DNA of 62,628 nucleotides, counting the filler, from Stramenopiles sp. TOSAG23-6 (taxonomy: Eukaryota), in NCBI GenBank assembly GCA_900128565.1. It is 10 parts of 10 records of this genome, joined end to end, with 100 filler letters (N's around TTAATTAATTAA, not from the genome) between each part and the next. Parts side by side here need not be neighbours in the genome. Positions count along the whole stretch, not along the records: positions 22,299 to 33,222 come from LT636285.1; positions 33,323 to 44,231 come from LT636286.1; 8 more parts are not named here. One strand, written 5' to 3'. Shown in pieces: positions 22,388-34,175 of this stretch; within the stretch, counting starts at the first letter, position 1, and every line of letters starts with the position of its first letter. The notes beneath the pieces are model-generated. The model was not told where the DNA came from. It was given only the letters and a program-made list of their open reading frames with translations, and ran no database searches. The position numbers were made by a program, and so were the translations under genes.

Positions 22388-24124
22388 ATACACTTCTTTG
22401 TCCATGATAGACGAGAATAAACATTGAACGGCAATGGAAAAACGCATACGAGAGCATACGCTCTTTACAACTTTACCAATCAATAATTCTCCAATACAAT
22501 CATTAAAATGTTCAGTCGCAAGTAATTTTTGTACAAGAAAATTTTTCAAAAACAGTTTTATACTACTCAGAAAGGCTCTCCCAGATTCTTCGCCCTTGAA
22601 AAGTAAAGGATCATCAATTGCATCTAAAATGTATGTAGCAAAAAAATCAAAGCTAATGTGATGACAAATTGTACAAGACCTAAGAGTACTGTTCAATAAA
22701 TACATCATACAAAATTTCTTTACAGTAGGTGTTCTGTGTCGAATTCCTTTTAATAATAAAATTTCTATATAGTTGATTCTATATTCAGAATTTATAATGT
22801 TTTCCTTTTCATATTGTTCAGACACCAAAGTGGCCAACATTGATATTTTTTCCCATGTAGAAGCAATTAAATGCTCATGATTTTCATCAAGTACTTCATA
22901 TATGTCCATGAAAATGGTAAAACATTTCATTGTATTGGTTTTCAATGATGAAGAATTACATTCCAACTCATGACACCAAGAATTTGTAATTTGTTGTAAC
23001 GTGTATACTGCTCGCTTTTGAGTAATAGAATCGGTTGATACTAAACCTCTTCTTATCGAATTGCATACAAAATTTGACGAAATTGTTCTGTTTTTAGTTG
23101 CATTTGGAGTTTTACCTGCACATACACTACTAAATATATCAAAATGTTCAAACACATCAATATTATTTTTGGTTGTATGGTCTATAATAACATGAACAAT
23201 AGCACAGATAATACCTGATATTTCATCATTGTTACTACACACACGCCTTCCACTTATACATATATGTTTCCGCGATTCATCTTCAAGTAACGAAAGTTTG
23301 TACCAAATTGTTTCAACACTTCCATCAAATTTCAAGAGCGTAGACAAAAGCGTAACAATAAGGTCTCTTTGAAACGATTTATCGTTTTCACACAAACAGA
23401 CTAAATGTATGAAATTTTGAATGAGAGATTTAACTATTGGTTTCATAGATGAAGTAAACCATTTATGACGTGTTTCAAACACAGTATTTAATAGCAGTGT
23501 TGTGACTTGACAAACTGAACGCTTGTCCAAAATAAGACTTGATGTCTTTGCCTTACTGGCGTATGAAGACCACCAAGGATAAGTATTAGAGTTAGGATAA
23601 GTATTTTTTGTCATATCTTCCGTAGTTTCCCATTTTTTTATGTCTAATCCTAATCCAACTTGAATAAATTCACAAAACATTGCTATATCAATTTTAGAAT
23701 ATTGATCAGCATTCTGAATCTCATCTAATTGAATCAAATATTTTATAAAGAGTTTCTCGAATTCTGTAATAAGTAAACTATATAACGACGACAAATCTTT
23801 CGATAATATTGGAGAGGCAACTTCAAGTAAAAAAATTGGTATTGTACCTACTTTACCCTTTGATATTAAAATATCACTTACATAAGTAATAGCAGCAATC
23901 AAAAGTGATAATTCACTTTCAGATGGTTTGGTCGATTCACACACAATTTGCAATTTGGTTATCAGTAAGGGTAACGTAGAAACTGCTTTTCGGAGTGTAA
24001 GAGCTTGAAATCGTGAACGAAGTATTGCACGGTGAATTATCGAGCGCTCGTTACCACATATAGCTGTATTCACAAGATCAGAGTGTATTTTATACAACTC
24101 TTTTATGAAATCGAAATCTTGCAT
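22388..24124 (-). CDS. First exon of a TARBP1/Trm3-like tRNA 2'-O-methyltransferase (partial)
   Basis: RGL...D...KRAVY.L, E.L.E...HL....W and G..H...VKK resemble the TARBP1 N-terminal helical region; SpoU domain not in the window; ends at family donor 22387. Confidence 0.6.
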
Positions 24125-24500
24125 TTCATAAATGTTATCTATACACTGTATTTTGTTTAGGAACGTAGAAAAAGGAGTTAGAGCACCAAGAAAATGGTAA
24201 ATTTTGAGTACTTAATAGGCTTGTTAATAACAACAGACGCAAAGTACTGCTGCTGACTACAAAGAAAGATTTGATTAGTTAGCACTAAATTTTTCTGGAA
24301 AAATCTGNATTTGGGATTTGATTTCGTGGGCATTTGATTTCGTGGGTGAGAACAAGGTACTATAACCCCAAGGTGAGAAATCGAAATTATACAAAAAAAA
24401 AGGTTGAGGGTACAGTATCCTTTTTTAAAGTTTTTTTTGATCCTTGCGGCTTGTGTATTAACGATATATTAAAAAAGACCGAGGTATAAAACACAGTATC

Positions 24501-25322
24501 ATGCTAAATTGCTTCTGTTTACTTTTATCATTGGTTACATTTCTATGTTTAGGTGATGCTTTTCCATCACATGAAATAGTTAACGACCTAGTGGGGAAAA
24601 TTGATTGGAAAAAGTTAGTAGACGAGGGTATAGATAGAGTAGACCCGGAAACAAAGTTAACTCCACTTCAACTGGCTTCCAAATTTGATTCTATAAAAGT
24701 TGCTCGCGAGTGTATCAAGCATGGTGCTAATATAAATCTAGCGCATTCTAAGACATTGGAAACCCCGTTAATGTATGCTACTCGCGCCGGAAGCGTACGA
24801 GTACTCAAATACTTCCTAGGCGAAGCTGGGGCGAATCCGACGCTGCGAGATGATGGAGGAAGAACTGCGCTCCATATCGGTGCACTTGGTAATAGTAATG
24901 CAAATGTAGTAGATATCATACTCGATGGTATAACAGATGATAAATTTTTGGTCAATATTCAAGACAGGCGAGAAAATACGGCTCTTCATCATGCCACTTA
25001 CTATGGTTCTGACATAGGATATGTTGAAAACCTAGTTCAACACGGTGCTGACGTCAATATCCCTGATGCAAACGGAAATACAGCCTTGCATTTTTCTGCA
25101 GGTAAAGCTAAAGATAAGGAAACTGCGCTTTTGTTATTGGCAGGATCAGACCCTTCTCAAAGGAATGCTGCTGGAGAAACAGCGTACGATATCGTGAGCG
25201 ACCTGAAAAAGTCACTTCAAAAAGGAAAAAATGAAAATCAGTCAATAGTTTCAATGAAATCATTAAATGCTGTTTCACGGCTACTTCTAAACTGGAATGG
25301 GAAACCTAAAGGTGAACTTTAA
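24501..25322 (+). CDS. Ankyrin-repeat protein with signal peptide and C-terminal KGEL
   Basis: TPL/TALH repeats and hydrophobic leader. Confidence 0.9.
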   Translation: MLNCFCLLLSLVTFLCLGDAFPSHEIVNDLVGKIDWKKLVDEGIDRVDPETKLTPLQLASKFDSIKVARECIKHGANINLAHSKTLETPLMYATRAGSVRVLKYFLGEAGANPTLRDDGGRTALHIGALGNSNANVVDIILDGITDDKFLVNIQDRRENTALHHATYYGSDIGYVENLVQHGADVNIPDANGNTALHFSAGKAKDKETALLLLAGSDPSQRNAAGETAYDIVSDLKKSLQKGKNENQSIVSMKSLNAVSRLLLNWNGKPKGEL

Positions 25323-25390
25323 ATATCATTAAATATTAATAATATATTTGTTTTAGAAAAAGATCAATACTGTATTTTTTTTATTCGTGC

Positions 25391-27366
25391 TTATTTTTTT
25401 ATAGAATACACTACCACTGTAATAATAAAAAGTAAAAAACTAACAAAAATAAAGGGTAGAGAACCAGGAGGAACATATTGCAACAATCCAGAACTATACG
25501 GAGCAAACGATGTATTATTTTGATGGTATTTAGCAGTATGTATGACGTCTGTATTGTATGAATGATACATAAACTATTTTATACAATGAATAAGAAATGA
25601 AAATGTAATATGAATAAAATATTGTAAGTTGTAATTAATGCAAAGTTCACAAATGGCCACCTATGATACCTCCAAAAATACGACCAATTGATGACAATGT
25701 ATTTTGGAAAAATATTTAAAAAAAAATCGTTAGGTACAAAATTTCGTACGAAAAAAAAAAGAAATTCGAAATTAAAAAAATAAAACATACATGCATTTAG
25801 GGAACCAAAAGTTCTTCCTTGTATAGCACGCGGCATTAGCAGTGAACCCATTGCTTTTAATGCAGGTTCGAGTGTTGCTATTGTTGATTTAAATATAATA
25901 ATAAATAATATATGAAGAACTATACAATATTTGTTTAGAGTTCCTACTATTTGTATTTGTGTTTTTTCTATTTTTTCTAGTTGATCATTTGCATCAGGGT
26001 TAGGGTTAGGGGTTTGTAAAAGATGTCTTAAGTTACCATCCATAAAAGAGGCATTTTTATTTCTAAGAGGGTTGGGGTTTACATTATAATGTAAAACACT
26101 AAATGCTAGCAATCCGGAAAACGCGGATAACAATAAAACTAATAATAAAGTATTGTACTTACCATGAACAAGTTCAACTGCTGGATATGTATTGTGAAAA
26201 AATATTTCACAAATTAAAATTTGTTAGGTACAAAATTTCTTACGAAAAATAAATACATTCGAAATTCATGCTGAAAACATAAACACTGCAATACTCACAG
26301 TGGAAAGTATTGAGCTCGCCAATAACAACCATGCAAATTCTGTTGCACTCCAACCAAATGCATCTCTTAGCCAAAGAGGCCAAACAACTTTTATAATTGC
26401 AGTGGCTATTGCTTGAATTACCATTGCAATACATATAATAAGAAATGGTACAAGCTGAAACTGAAATGTTGAAGAGTTTGTTCCTTTTTCAGTTTCAATT
26501 ATATCCTTCTTTCTTAATTTGGATTTCGTGTTTTTCAAGGATGGTGATACAACTAAACTTGATGAATCTATTGCATTATGATTTTCATTTGCTTCTTTTG
26601 TTTTGAAAGAGGTTGGAGAATAGTTCAAAATCCCTACTGTATTTTTTATAACTTCACAGGTTGACGACGATTCAACGTCTTCATTAGTTCCATATAAAGG
26701 TCCAACACTTCTGAAGGCTTTACCCCAATATGTCAAAACAAAAAACCCAAAAAAACAAAAAAATGTGCAAACACTCATAGATATACGATATCGTAAAAGA
26801 ATGTTGTGTTCTCCACAAACTTGTATTAAACAAAAATCCCATAAAGGATATACTCCACGACCAATTAATCTCAGAGCAGTAATCTGAACAACATACGCTG
26901 ATATAATCGCAGATCTATCCTCTCGGGAACTTTGACTAGCTACAAAGCTCATAGTTATTGTCCATAAAGCACTGGAACCTAACCCAATGACAGCAACACC
27001 AATGTATAAACTATTAATATTGAAAGCAAAACCCCGTATAGCACAACCCACAGCACATAATATAGTTGACAATAAACATGCAAGGTATGCACCATGAAAA
27101 TCCATCAACCAGCCATAAAATGGAACAACAAATATTCCTGGAAACTCTCCTACAGATGTTAAATAACCAATATCAGTATCAGTTGCACCCACCTTGTTGT
27201 AGAAGTAAGGTGTCACAGATGAGTGCAAAGAGCCGCCAAATGTTGCAACCCAAATCACTAAGCAGGGTGCAAAAAACTTTGGATCATTCCAGAAAATTGA
27301 AAGAACACGAGATTGAAGAGCAATTGTGGCATATATATAACGCAAAATTACAGACACAAATCTCAT
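25391..27366 (-). CDS. Major facilitator superfamily transporter; probably 4 exons
   Basis: Many TM segments and GWLMDFHG motif-A-like loop; boundaries of the last intron (about 25570-25650) uncertain. Confidence 0.8.
25697..25790 (-). mobile_element. Family intron GT-AT, 94 nt
   Basis: gcat|GTATG...AAATACAT|tgtca gives LNALSSIGRIFG. Confidence 0.88.
26187..26282 (-). mobile_element. Family intron, TT-AT (or GT-AC at 26284-26189)
   Basis: Both registers give SIAVYPAVE. Confidence 0.75.
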
Positions 27367-27628
27367 TTTCCTATCTAAGATTAGATTTAGATTGAATTAT
27401 GATGATTCTGTGAAAACTTGCACAAGAAAAATCGTCCTAATAACAAGAAAAAATGACAGCAAAAAAAATGGTTTGTTCGGTCTGATTAATTTTTTCAGAT
27501 TTCAAAAGTTGGATTTTTCGTGTGGAGGAGCAATTATTTTTGCTCCTGCAGCATATCCGGCCGGAATATTCTCTGTGTGTTCCTGAGTATTCTCCTAATA
27601 TCCGAAGATCGAAATTGGATAAATCGCA

Positions 27629-28477
27629 ATGTCATCAACAAGTAGTTTGCTTGCAACATCATCCAATCGAACAAAAGAATCAAGTGTAACACCAGTGACA
27701 GATCGTGCGAAGCAATGGCGTCAAAATAACCTCGCGTCAAAGCGACCAAATTCTCGTTCGAAAGTCCTTTGTTTTGTTCTTCTTGGATGTGCCGTAGCTG
27801 CTTTTATATATGTTGTACATTCTCATATGGACGTAAAGGTCAGATGGAATACTGGAAAGAGAAGGTATCGTAGCTTTCGTCTAGGAAGAAAGATACCTGG
27901 TGACCATGAAGACAAACTTGACGAACAACTCGAAAAGCTCAAAGAATATCTCGACAATAAAATTTCGGATCATGAAGGGCAGTTAAAGAAACACGAGGAG
28001 TCACTCAGCAGTCATGATTCTACTTTAAAGAGTCATGGTGAAAAATTGAGTACACAAAAAGAAACTTGGCAAGAATGGTTGCGCTCTCAAGTTCAACGTG
28101 AAGTTGAAAAATCAAATAAAAAGAAAGGTGAAACATCGACAACTCATGAAGAAGATGTTAAAGCCATGGATGCTGCTGCTGCCAAACATTTTGAACAAAA
28201 AAAGAAGAAACAGGATAATGATGAGGATGAGGATGAAGAAGATTCAGATGATGAACACTGGAAGGATATGGCAGAGTGGTTGAATGAACCAACACAACAA
28301 CAAAAAAGGGAGGAAGAACATACAGATCCATTTGAGCAATTAATGAATAACGTATTTAACGGTGATGCTGGGATTCGCCATTTTACTATGAAAAGTAGCC
28401 CAATTGGGAGCATTGTGATGCGACATTTTAGTCCAATGATGGGTAATACTCATCATATAACTATACCACTCAACTAA
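27629..28477 (+). CDS. Type II single-pass membrane protein with coiled coil
   Basis: 282-aa ORF, one TM helix, heptad and acidic regions. Confidence 0.7.
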   Translation: MSSTSSLLATSSNRTKESSVTPVTDRAKQWRQNNLASKRPNSRSKVLCFVLLGCAVAAFIYVVHSHMDVKVRWNTGKRRYRSFRLGRKIPGDHEDKLDEQLEKLKEYLDNKISDHEGQLKKHEESLSSHDSTLKSHGEKLSTQKETWQEWLRSQVQREVEKSNKKKGETSTTHEEDVKAMDAAAAKHFEQKKKKQDNDEDEDEEDSDDEHWKDMAEWLNEPTQQQKREEEHTDPFEQLMNNVFNGDAGIRHFTMKSSPIGSIVMRHFSPMMGNTHHITIPLN

Positions 28478-28950
28478 AACTCAACTGAAAAGTTGTTTAT
28501 AACTTAATTTTGTTGCCAGTATCAAAAAATGTATATAATACAATTGAACTGAAAGTCTTCCAATAGATTTACTATAGATTTACTTTATCGTACTGTACGT
28601 GCATAATGTATTCTAATTAGTGAGGGGGGAGAGATCTATAAAACAAAGTAGAAAAAGATGATTTTTTTTTCAATGATTTGGGAAATTAATCAAGTATATT
28701 TCGTGTTTTTTTATTTTTTGAGATTCTTGAGATTCAGCCGCGACTTCAAGTCAAATTAAATTTCGTAAAGATACACTACCAAACACCATCACCATATATT
28801 ATATAGACCTAGCCAAAACTCAGCTCATTTACAAGTTCATTTGTTCCTTTTTGATCGGGGAAGTAATAGTAGCGCACATTCTATAGTCAAAAATACGTTT
28901 TATAGTGTATTACTTGAGTGTGTTGTCCGAATTTAGTTGTAGAGTACAAA

Positions 28951-30111
28951 ATGACTTCACGTTGGTGGTACCAGGTTGATGTGGCACGTGGAGGAAATCA
29001 AATAGTAGCTGATGAAAGCGCTGGAATATTTGAACTACCTGCTGCAGGTGATTATCTTAGAGGTCGTTGTCGTTTGCGCCCATCTTCGTCAAGTAAAAAC
29101 ACAATATTAGTTGGTGAAGCTATATTAATACTTCTTCCGGAAACCTCTTCTTTGATTGACAGTGATAGTCATAATAGTATAGGTATTGCGAGTAGTGGGT
29201 GCGGATGGCGTGCTTTTATATGCAGTTCTTGGCCTTGTCGTGATCAAAGTCAGAAAAGTTTGTGTGATGTTACTACAGATGATGGAAATAATTCATCCTT
29301 GTGTTGCAGCTATGTCAGTTCACGTGTTGAACTTTCATTCTCATGGACTAAAGAACTAATACGTATTTGTCCAAATATAGAAACTAATCAAAGTGGGATT
29401 TGTTGGGGACTAATAAACCCTCCTCCAAACGAAGCAGTTAGTATTGAAATTGAACTTTTCCCTGTTCGACGACAGCAAGCTAGGGCATGGGATAGTGTCT
29501 TGATGTCATCCGTAAAATTTCATTTAATACAAAGTGTACGAAATCTATACATTTGTGTTGGTTCCATTTTGAAATTACCATTTTCACTCCCAGGATATTC
29601 CAGAGTTGTTCGTGCTTCCAGTGTTTCTGGGGACTCTTCATCGTTTGGTCATATTGAAGTATGTAAAGTAACAGCAACAACAATTGTAACAATAACAGTT
29701 GTGGAAGGAGCCACTGTTAACTCAGAGAATAAAATCAAAACAATAGACTGGAGGACACCACATCCTTTACCTATAAAACTTCGTCGTATTGAGTATATAA
29801 AAAATAATACAAATACCTGTATTGCTCAAACAAGTGAAACTAATGAAATGAAAAATGCCACAGAGTTACCAGAAAATATTTCTGAATATACAGCAAAATT
29901 AATTTTATTACACATTTGGCAAAAGTATGCACCGAATAAAGTTGGTACGGTTGATTTTGTACTTCATAAATATAACGGAAAGGAAAAACGATTAGTAATT
30001 GCTGTAGCCAAAAAGTACAAAATATCTACTGTGGCTCTTTTACAAATATATAATGTTGTTTTAAATAATATGAATATTACCACTACCACTACTACTACTA
30101 ATAATACTAAC

Positions 30112-30159
<48 letters not shown>

Positions 30160-30164
30160 AACAA

Positions 30165-30204
<40 letters not shown>

Positions 30205-32618
30205 GATACTGATACTCTATTGAATAATAGCAACATTACTACTGATACTACTACTACTGATAATAATAATAATAATAATAATGATAATAATAATATACCA
30301 ACAGTTGAAGAAACTATGTCATCATTGGTTGGTACACACGCAATCGCATGTGAAAAGCTCGTAGACAATATTCTTCTACCAATATTTCATAATGATTTGA
30401 TGAAAGATTTAAAATTATTTCCAACAAAAGGTATCCTGTTACATGGTCCACCAGGCACTGGAAAATCATCGATAATTCAATCAGCTCTGTCTTGTTGTAG
30501 AAATACCAAAGGTGTTTATGTAGAATTATTCCACGTAGATGGTGCGGATATAAGTGTTGAAACTGGTGCTGGTGATGCCACTGAAGCTTTGTGTGGTGTA
30601 TTTAAATCAGCTAAACATCATGCTGAAATGCCAGGCGCAATTTCTATCATACACATTGAAAGCATTGATATTTTATGCCCCAATCGGGATCGTACTGATG
30701 CGGCTGCTGCACGAAGAGTCGCGACTTTATTAACATTACTTGATGGTATTGAAACCTATCAATCTACATCAAAAAATTCTGATATATTCAACACAAAAAA
30801 TACAAGTTTTGGTATTGTTATTGTTGTAGCCTCCACAAATAATGTATCCGATGTTGATTCTGCTTTAAGAAGACCTGGTCGATTAGATATAGAAATTGCA
30901 CTTGACCCTCCTGGCCCTGATGTATGGTTTCTTCATTCATTTCGAATTTTATTTTTTTTTTCGTACCAACTTTTGTACCTAACAAAACAATGTAAACCAT
31001 TTTTTTTTTTACAATACATGAACGATCTATTCTTTTAGAACATTATTGTAGACATATTCCCGTTGAAGAGGGAATGTTCTCTAACCCCAACCCTAACCAG
31101 AATAAGACAGATAAATTAAAAGAATGTATTGCTGCTACATACAACAAAAATACAAAGAATAAAATAGCTAAAAAGGGAAAAATAGCCGAATTTGCCGCAA
31201 AACATTGTATTGGATATGTTCATGCAGATTTACTTGCACTGGCTAGGGAATTAGCAATGATTTGTGTTTCCCGGGCAGCAGATGCAATTCATAGTACAAA
31301 TAGTACTATAAACAATATTGATTCTCATAGTATACAAAAATCAAATGTTATACTTGCATCTCCTAAAGATCTTCACGATGCTGCAGAAAATGTAGGTGCA
31401 TCACTTCTTCGAGGTCATGCTATACAACCATCCAAGGTACAGTGGGATGTTCGTTTTATTTTTTTCACATCCGAATTTTTTTTTCGTACGCAATTTCGTA
31501 CCTAACAAATGTTTTTTGAAATATTTTTCCAAAATACATGACGTTGGTGGACTATCTAAAGTAAAATTACAATTGAAACAAGCTGTTGAATGGCCACTAC
31601 AACACTCTGATGTTTTTTCTTATATGGGACTTAGACCCTCCAGAGGTGTACTGTTATATGGTCCTCCGGGATGCTGCAAAACTACATTAGTTCGTGCTGC
31701 AGCGTCTGCATCAAATGCTACTTGTACGTTTTCATTTCAATGTTTTATCTAATTTTGTTTTATAGTAAATTTTGTACCTAACGATTTTTTTTAAATATTT
31801 TTTCACAATACATTTCTTTCGCTTTCTGGTGCTCAAATATATTCAGCTTTTGTTGGTGAATCGGAAGCTTGTATACGTCGAGTATTTAAACGTGCACGAT
31901 TGGCTTTACCAGCAATTTTGTTTCTTGATGAACTTGTATGTTTTCATAATTAATTTTTTACTCTGATTTTTTTTTAAATAGAAAATTCCGTACCTAATGA
32001 TTTTTTTTTTAAATATTTTTTCACCTACATGAAGCTTTAGTTGGAAAACGAAGTCAAAGTGGTGGTGATGGCCGTGTTCAAATGAGAATTCTTTCAACAT
32101 TATTAAATGAAATGGATGGCATTGAACAAACTGAAGGTTTACTCATGTACGTTTTCATTACTAATTTCGAATTTACTTTTTTTTCTTACGAAATTTTGTA
32201 CCTAATGAATTTCAAATTTTTGAAATATTTTTCACTATACATTGTGGGTGCAACAAATCGACCTGAAATGATCGATGCAGCTCTAATGCGCCCTGGTCGT
32301 TTCGATCAAGTCATTTATGTTCCACCACCAGATTATTCTGGATCACTAGCCATTCTTCAAATTCATACTAAAAATATTCCAATTGGTGAAGATGTTGATT
32401 TAAAACAAATTGCTCAAATTTGTATTGATAAAAAACTCACTGGAGCAGAGATAAAAAGCATCTGTAAAGAAGCTACGATTTCTGCCCTCAGAGAAAATAT
32501 TAAAGCAGAAAAAGTTTTAATGCGTCATTTTGAAAAAACAGCGAAAGAAATGAATGCAGGAATTTCAGCTCAGGATATTGAATGGTATGAAAATTTTTCT
32601 AATGGAAAATCCAAGTAA
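28951..32618 (+). CDS. Double-AAA ATPase, AFG2/SPATA5L1 (CDC48 family)-like; 6 exons
   Basis: GPPGTGKS, ALRRPGRLD, WDDVGGL, GPPGCCKT, FLDELEAL, IVGATNRP, RPGRFD; continuous only after removing 5 family introns. Confidence 0.92.
30080..30296 (+). repeat. Coding (ACT)n/(AAT)n microsatellite encoding poly-Thr/poly-Asn
   Basis: Directly visible. Confidence 0.95.
30922..31019 (+). mobile_element. Family intron GT-AT, 98 nt
   Basis: cctgat|GTATGG...CAATACAT|gaacga gives PPGPDERSILL. Confidence 0.9.
31449..31539 (+). mobile_element. Family intron GT-AT, 91 nt
   Basis: tgggat|GTTCG...AAATACAT|gacgtt gives VQWDDVGGL. Confidence 0.93.
31724..31813 (+). mobile_element. Family intron GT-AT, 90 nt
   Basis: actt|GTACG...CAATACAT|ttctt gives ATFLSLSGAQIYS. 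Confidence 0.92.
31936..32030 (+). mobile_element. Family intron GT-AT, 95 nt
   Basis: gaactt|GTATG...CCTACAT|gaagct gives Walker B FLDELEAL. Confidence 0.93.
32147..32242 (+). mobile_element. Family intron GT-AT, 96 nt
   Basis: ctcat|GTACG...TATACAT|tgtg gives LLIVGATNRP. Confidence 0.93.
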
Positions 32619-32910
32619 GATGTATGTGTATACATGACACATGCAAAACGACACGAAACCTGGGGGGAACCCGTACCGATTTTGTATACATTTGGTGTAC
32701 TACCAACTCTAATCCTAACCCATCTTATTTAAGTTATTTTGCAAATTCCCAGTAAATATTATTTATATATTAGCATTATGTATTTTATTTATTTATTGTA
32801 AATATATTCTGTATTTTTTGACAATGTATCATTTCTATAAGAGAATTTTTTATAGTTCAAACTATTACTATTAGTCTACAGTCTCTACAATTAAAGGGAT
32901 ATTTTTTTTT

Positions 32911-33180
32911 TCATTTCTGCCAATTTCGAGCAGCCTCGACATCAGAGGATATAATTGAGATATAATCTTCATAGTATACTCTACCAGTTTCTGGATCTTT
33001 AACCAATGAAATCATTTCGTCGAGNTCTTTCTCACGAAATTTTGTTCCCTTTTGAGTCAAAAGTTCACGAAGTGTATCTGTTGCTATCCAGCCTTTATTT
33101 TCTTTATCAATTACTTGAAATGCCTGTAAAAGCAAATTTTCTTGGGCAGGCGTAAACTCACCTGTGGCAATATAAACCAA
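32911..33180 (-). CDS. C-terminal fragment of an EF-hand protein, EFCAB2/DRC8-like
   Basis: LLQAFQVIDKENKGWI...L.Q.G..F...DPETGRVYYEDY. Confidence 0.65.
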   Translation of the reverse strand: MVYIATGEFTPAQENLLLQAFQVIDKENKGWIATDTLRELLTQKGTKFREKXLDEMISLVKDPETGRVYYEDYISIISSDVEAARNWQK

Positions 33181-33376
33181 AGCTATTCCTCCTGGTGTTC
33201 AACTTCACAATTTTTTAAATAANNNNNNNNNNNNNNNNNNNNNNNNNNNNNNNNNNNNNNNNNNNNTTAATTAATTAANNNNNNNNNNNNNNNNNNNNNN
33301 NNNNNNNNNNNNNNNNNNNNNNGTACGAAATTTTGTACCTAACGATTTTTTTTTGAAATATTTTTCCAAAATACAT

Positions 33377-33848
33377 TGTTTTGGATTTTTTCAATTCTTT
33401 CCGTTGCTCCATTACTCATGATTCCTCTCAGTGTTTGTTATACAGTTACATTAAAAAAAAAAAAAAAAACATACATACATACAAAATTCATAAAAAATTC
33501 ATACAAAATTTCATACCTAACAAAATTGTAACAATTTTTTTCATATATTTTTTCACAATACGTAAATTGTCAATTTTAAAAAAAAATCGAAAATTATACA
33601 TTTTATCCGAATTAATTGTTAGTGGATTTATTATATGGACATCTGTGCCATTAGGTATGGCCTTATATCCAGCAACTTCATTTGTTCCATCATCTGCTTT
33701 AGAGACTACATTTCATAACCCTAACCCTACACAAAACCCTAACCCTACTACACAAAACTCTATATTAGCTACAGTAGGTTCAAAATCTGTAGAATTTTCT
33801 GAAAATAAAAATATTGATGTTTTACTTCAATATAATAAAGGATTATAA
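33377..33848 (+). CDS. Sideroflexin C-terminal exons (partial)
   Basis: VPLGMALYP...LE...YNKGL terminus. Confidence 0.8.
33433..33563 (+). mobile_element. Diverged family intron, GT-GT (or GT-AC at 33431-33561)
   Basis: ctcagt|GTTTG...ATACCTAAC...CAATACGT|aaattg. Confidence 0.6.
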
Positions 33849-34175
33849 AGATATTTTCTGAAAATAAAAATATTGATATTTTACTTTAAAGTTACTATTT
33901 AATTAATTACAATTTCTGAAAAAAGTAAATAATACGAAATATAAGCGAAATCAAAATGAAGGATATATTCGTTCAACGAAATTGACAAACCTGCTTTTGC
34001 TTCGAAGTGATTTCAAAAAATAATTCAAATTTCAAAAGTGTGGCGCTGTGCCGCTGCTCCTCTCCGCTCCACTCACTGTGTACAAAACATTTCGAATATA
34101 CTTTGTAAGACTTACATTGAATCAACTGCTATATATATATATATTACATCAATTCAATTGAATATCAATACATAT

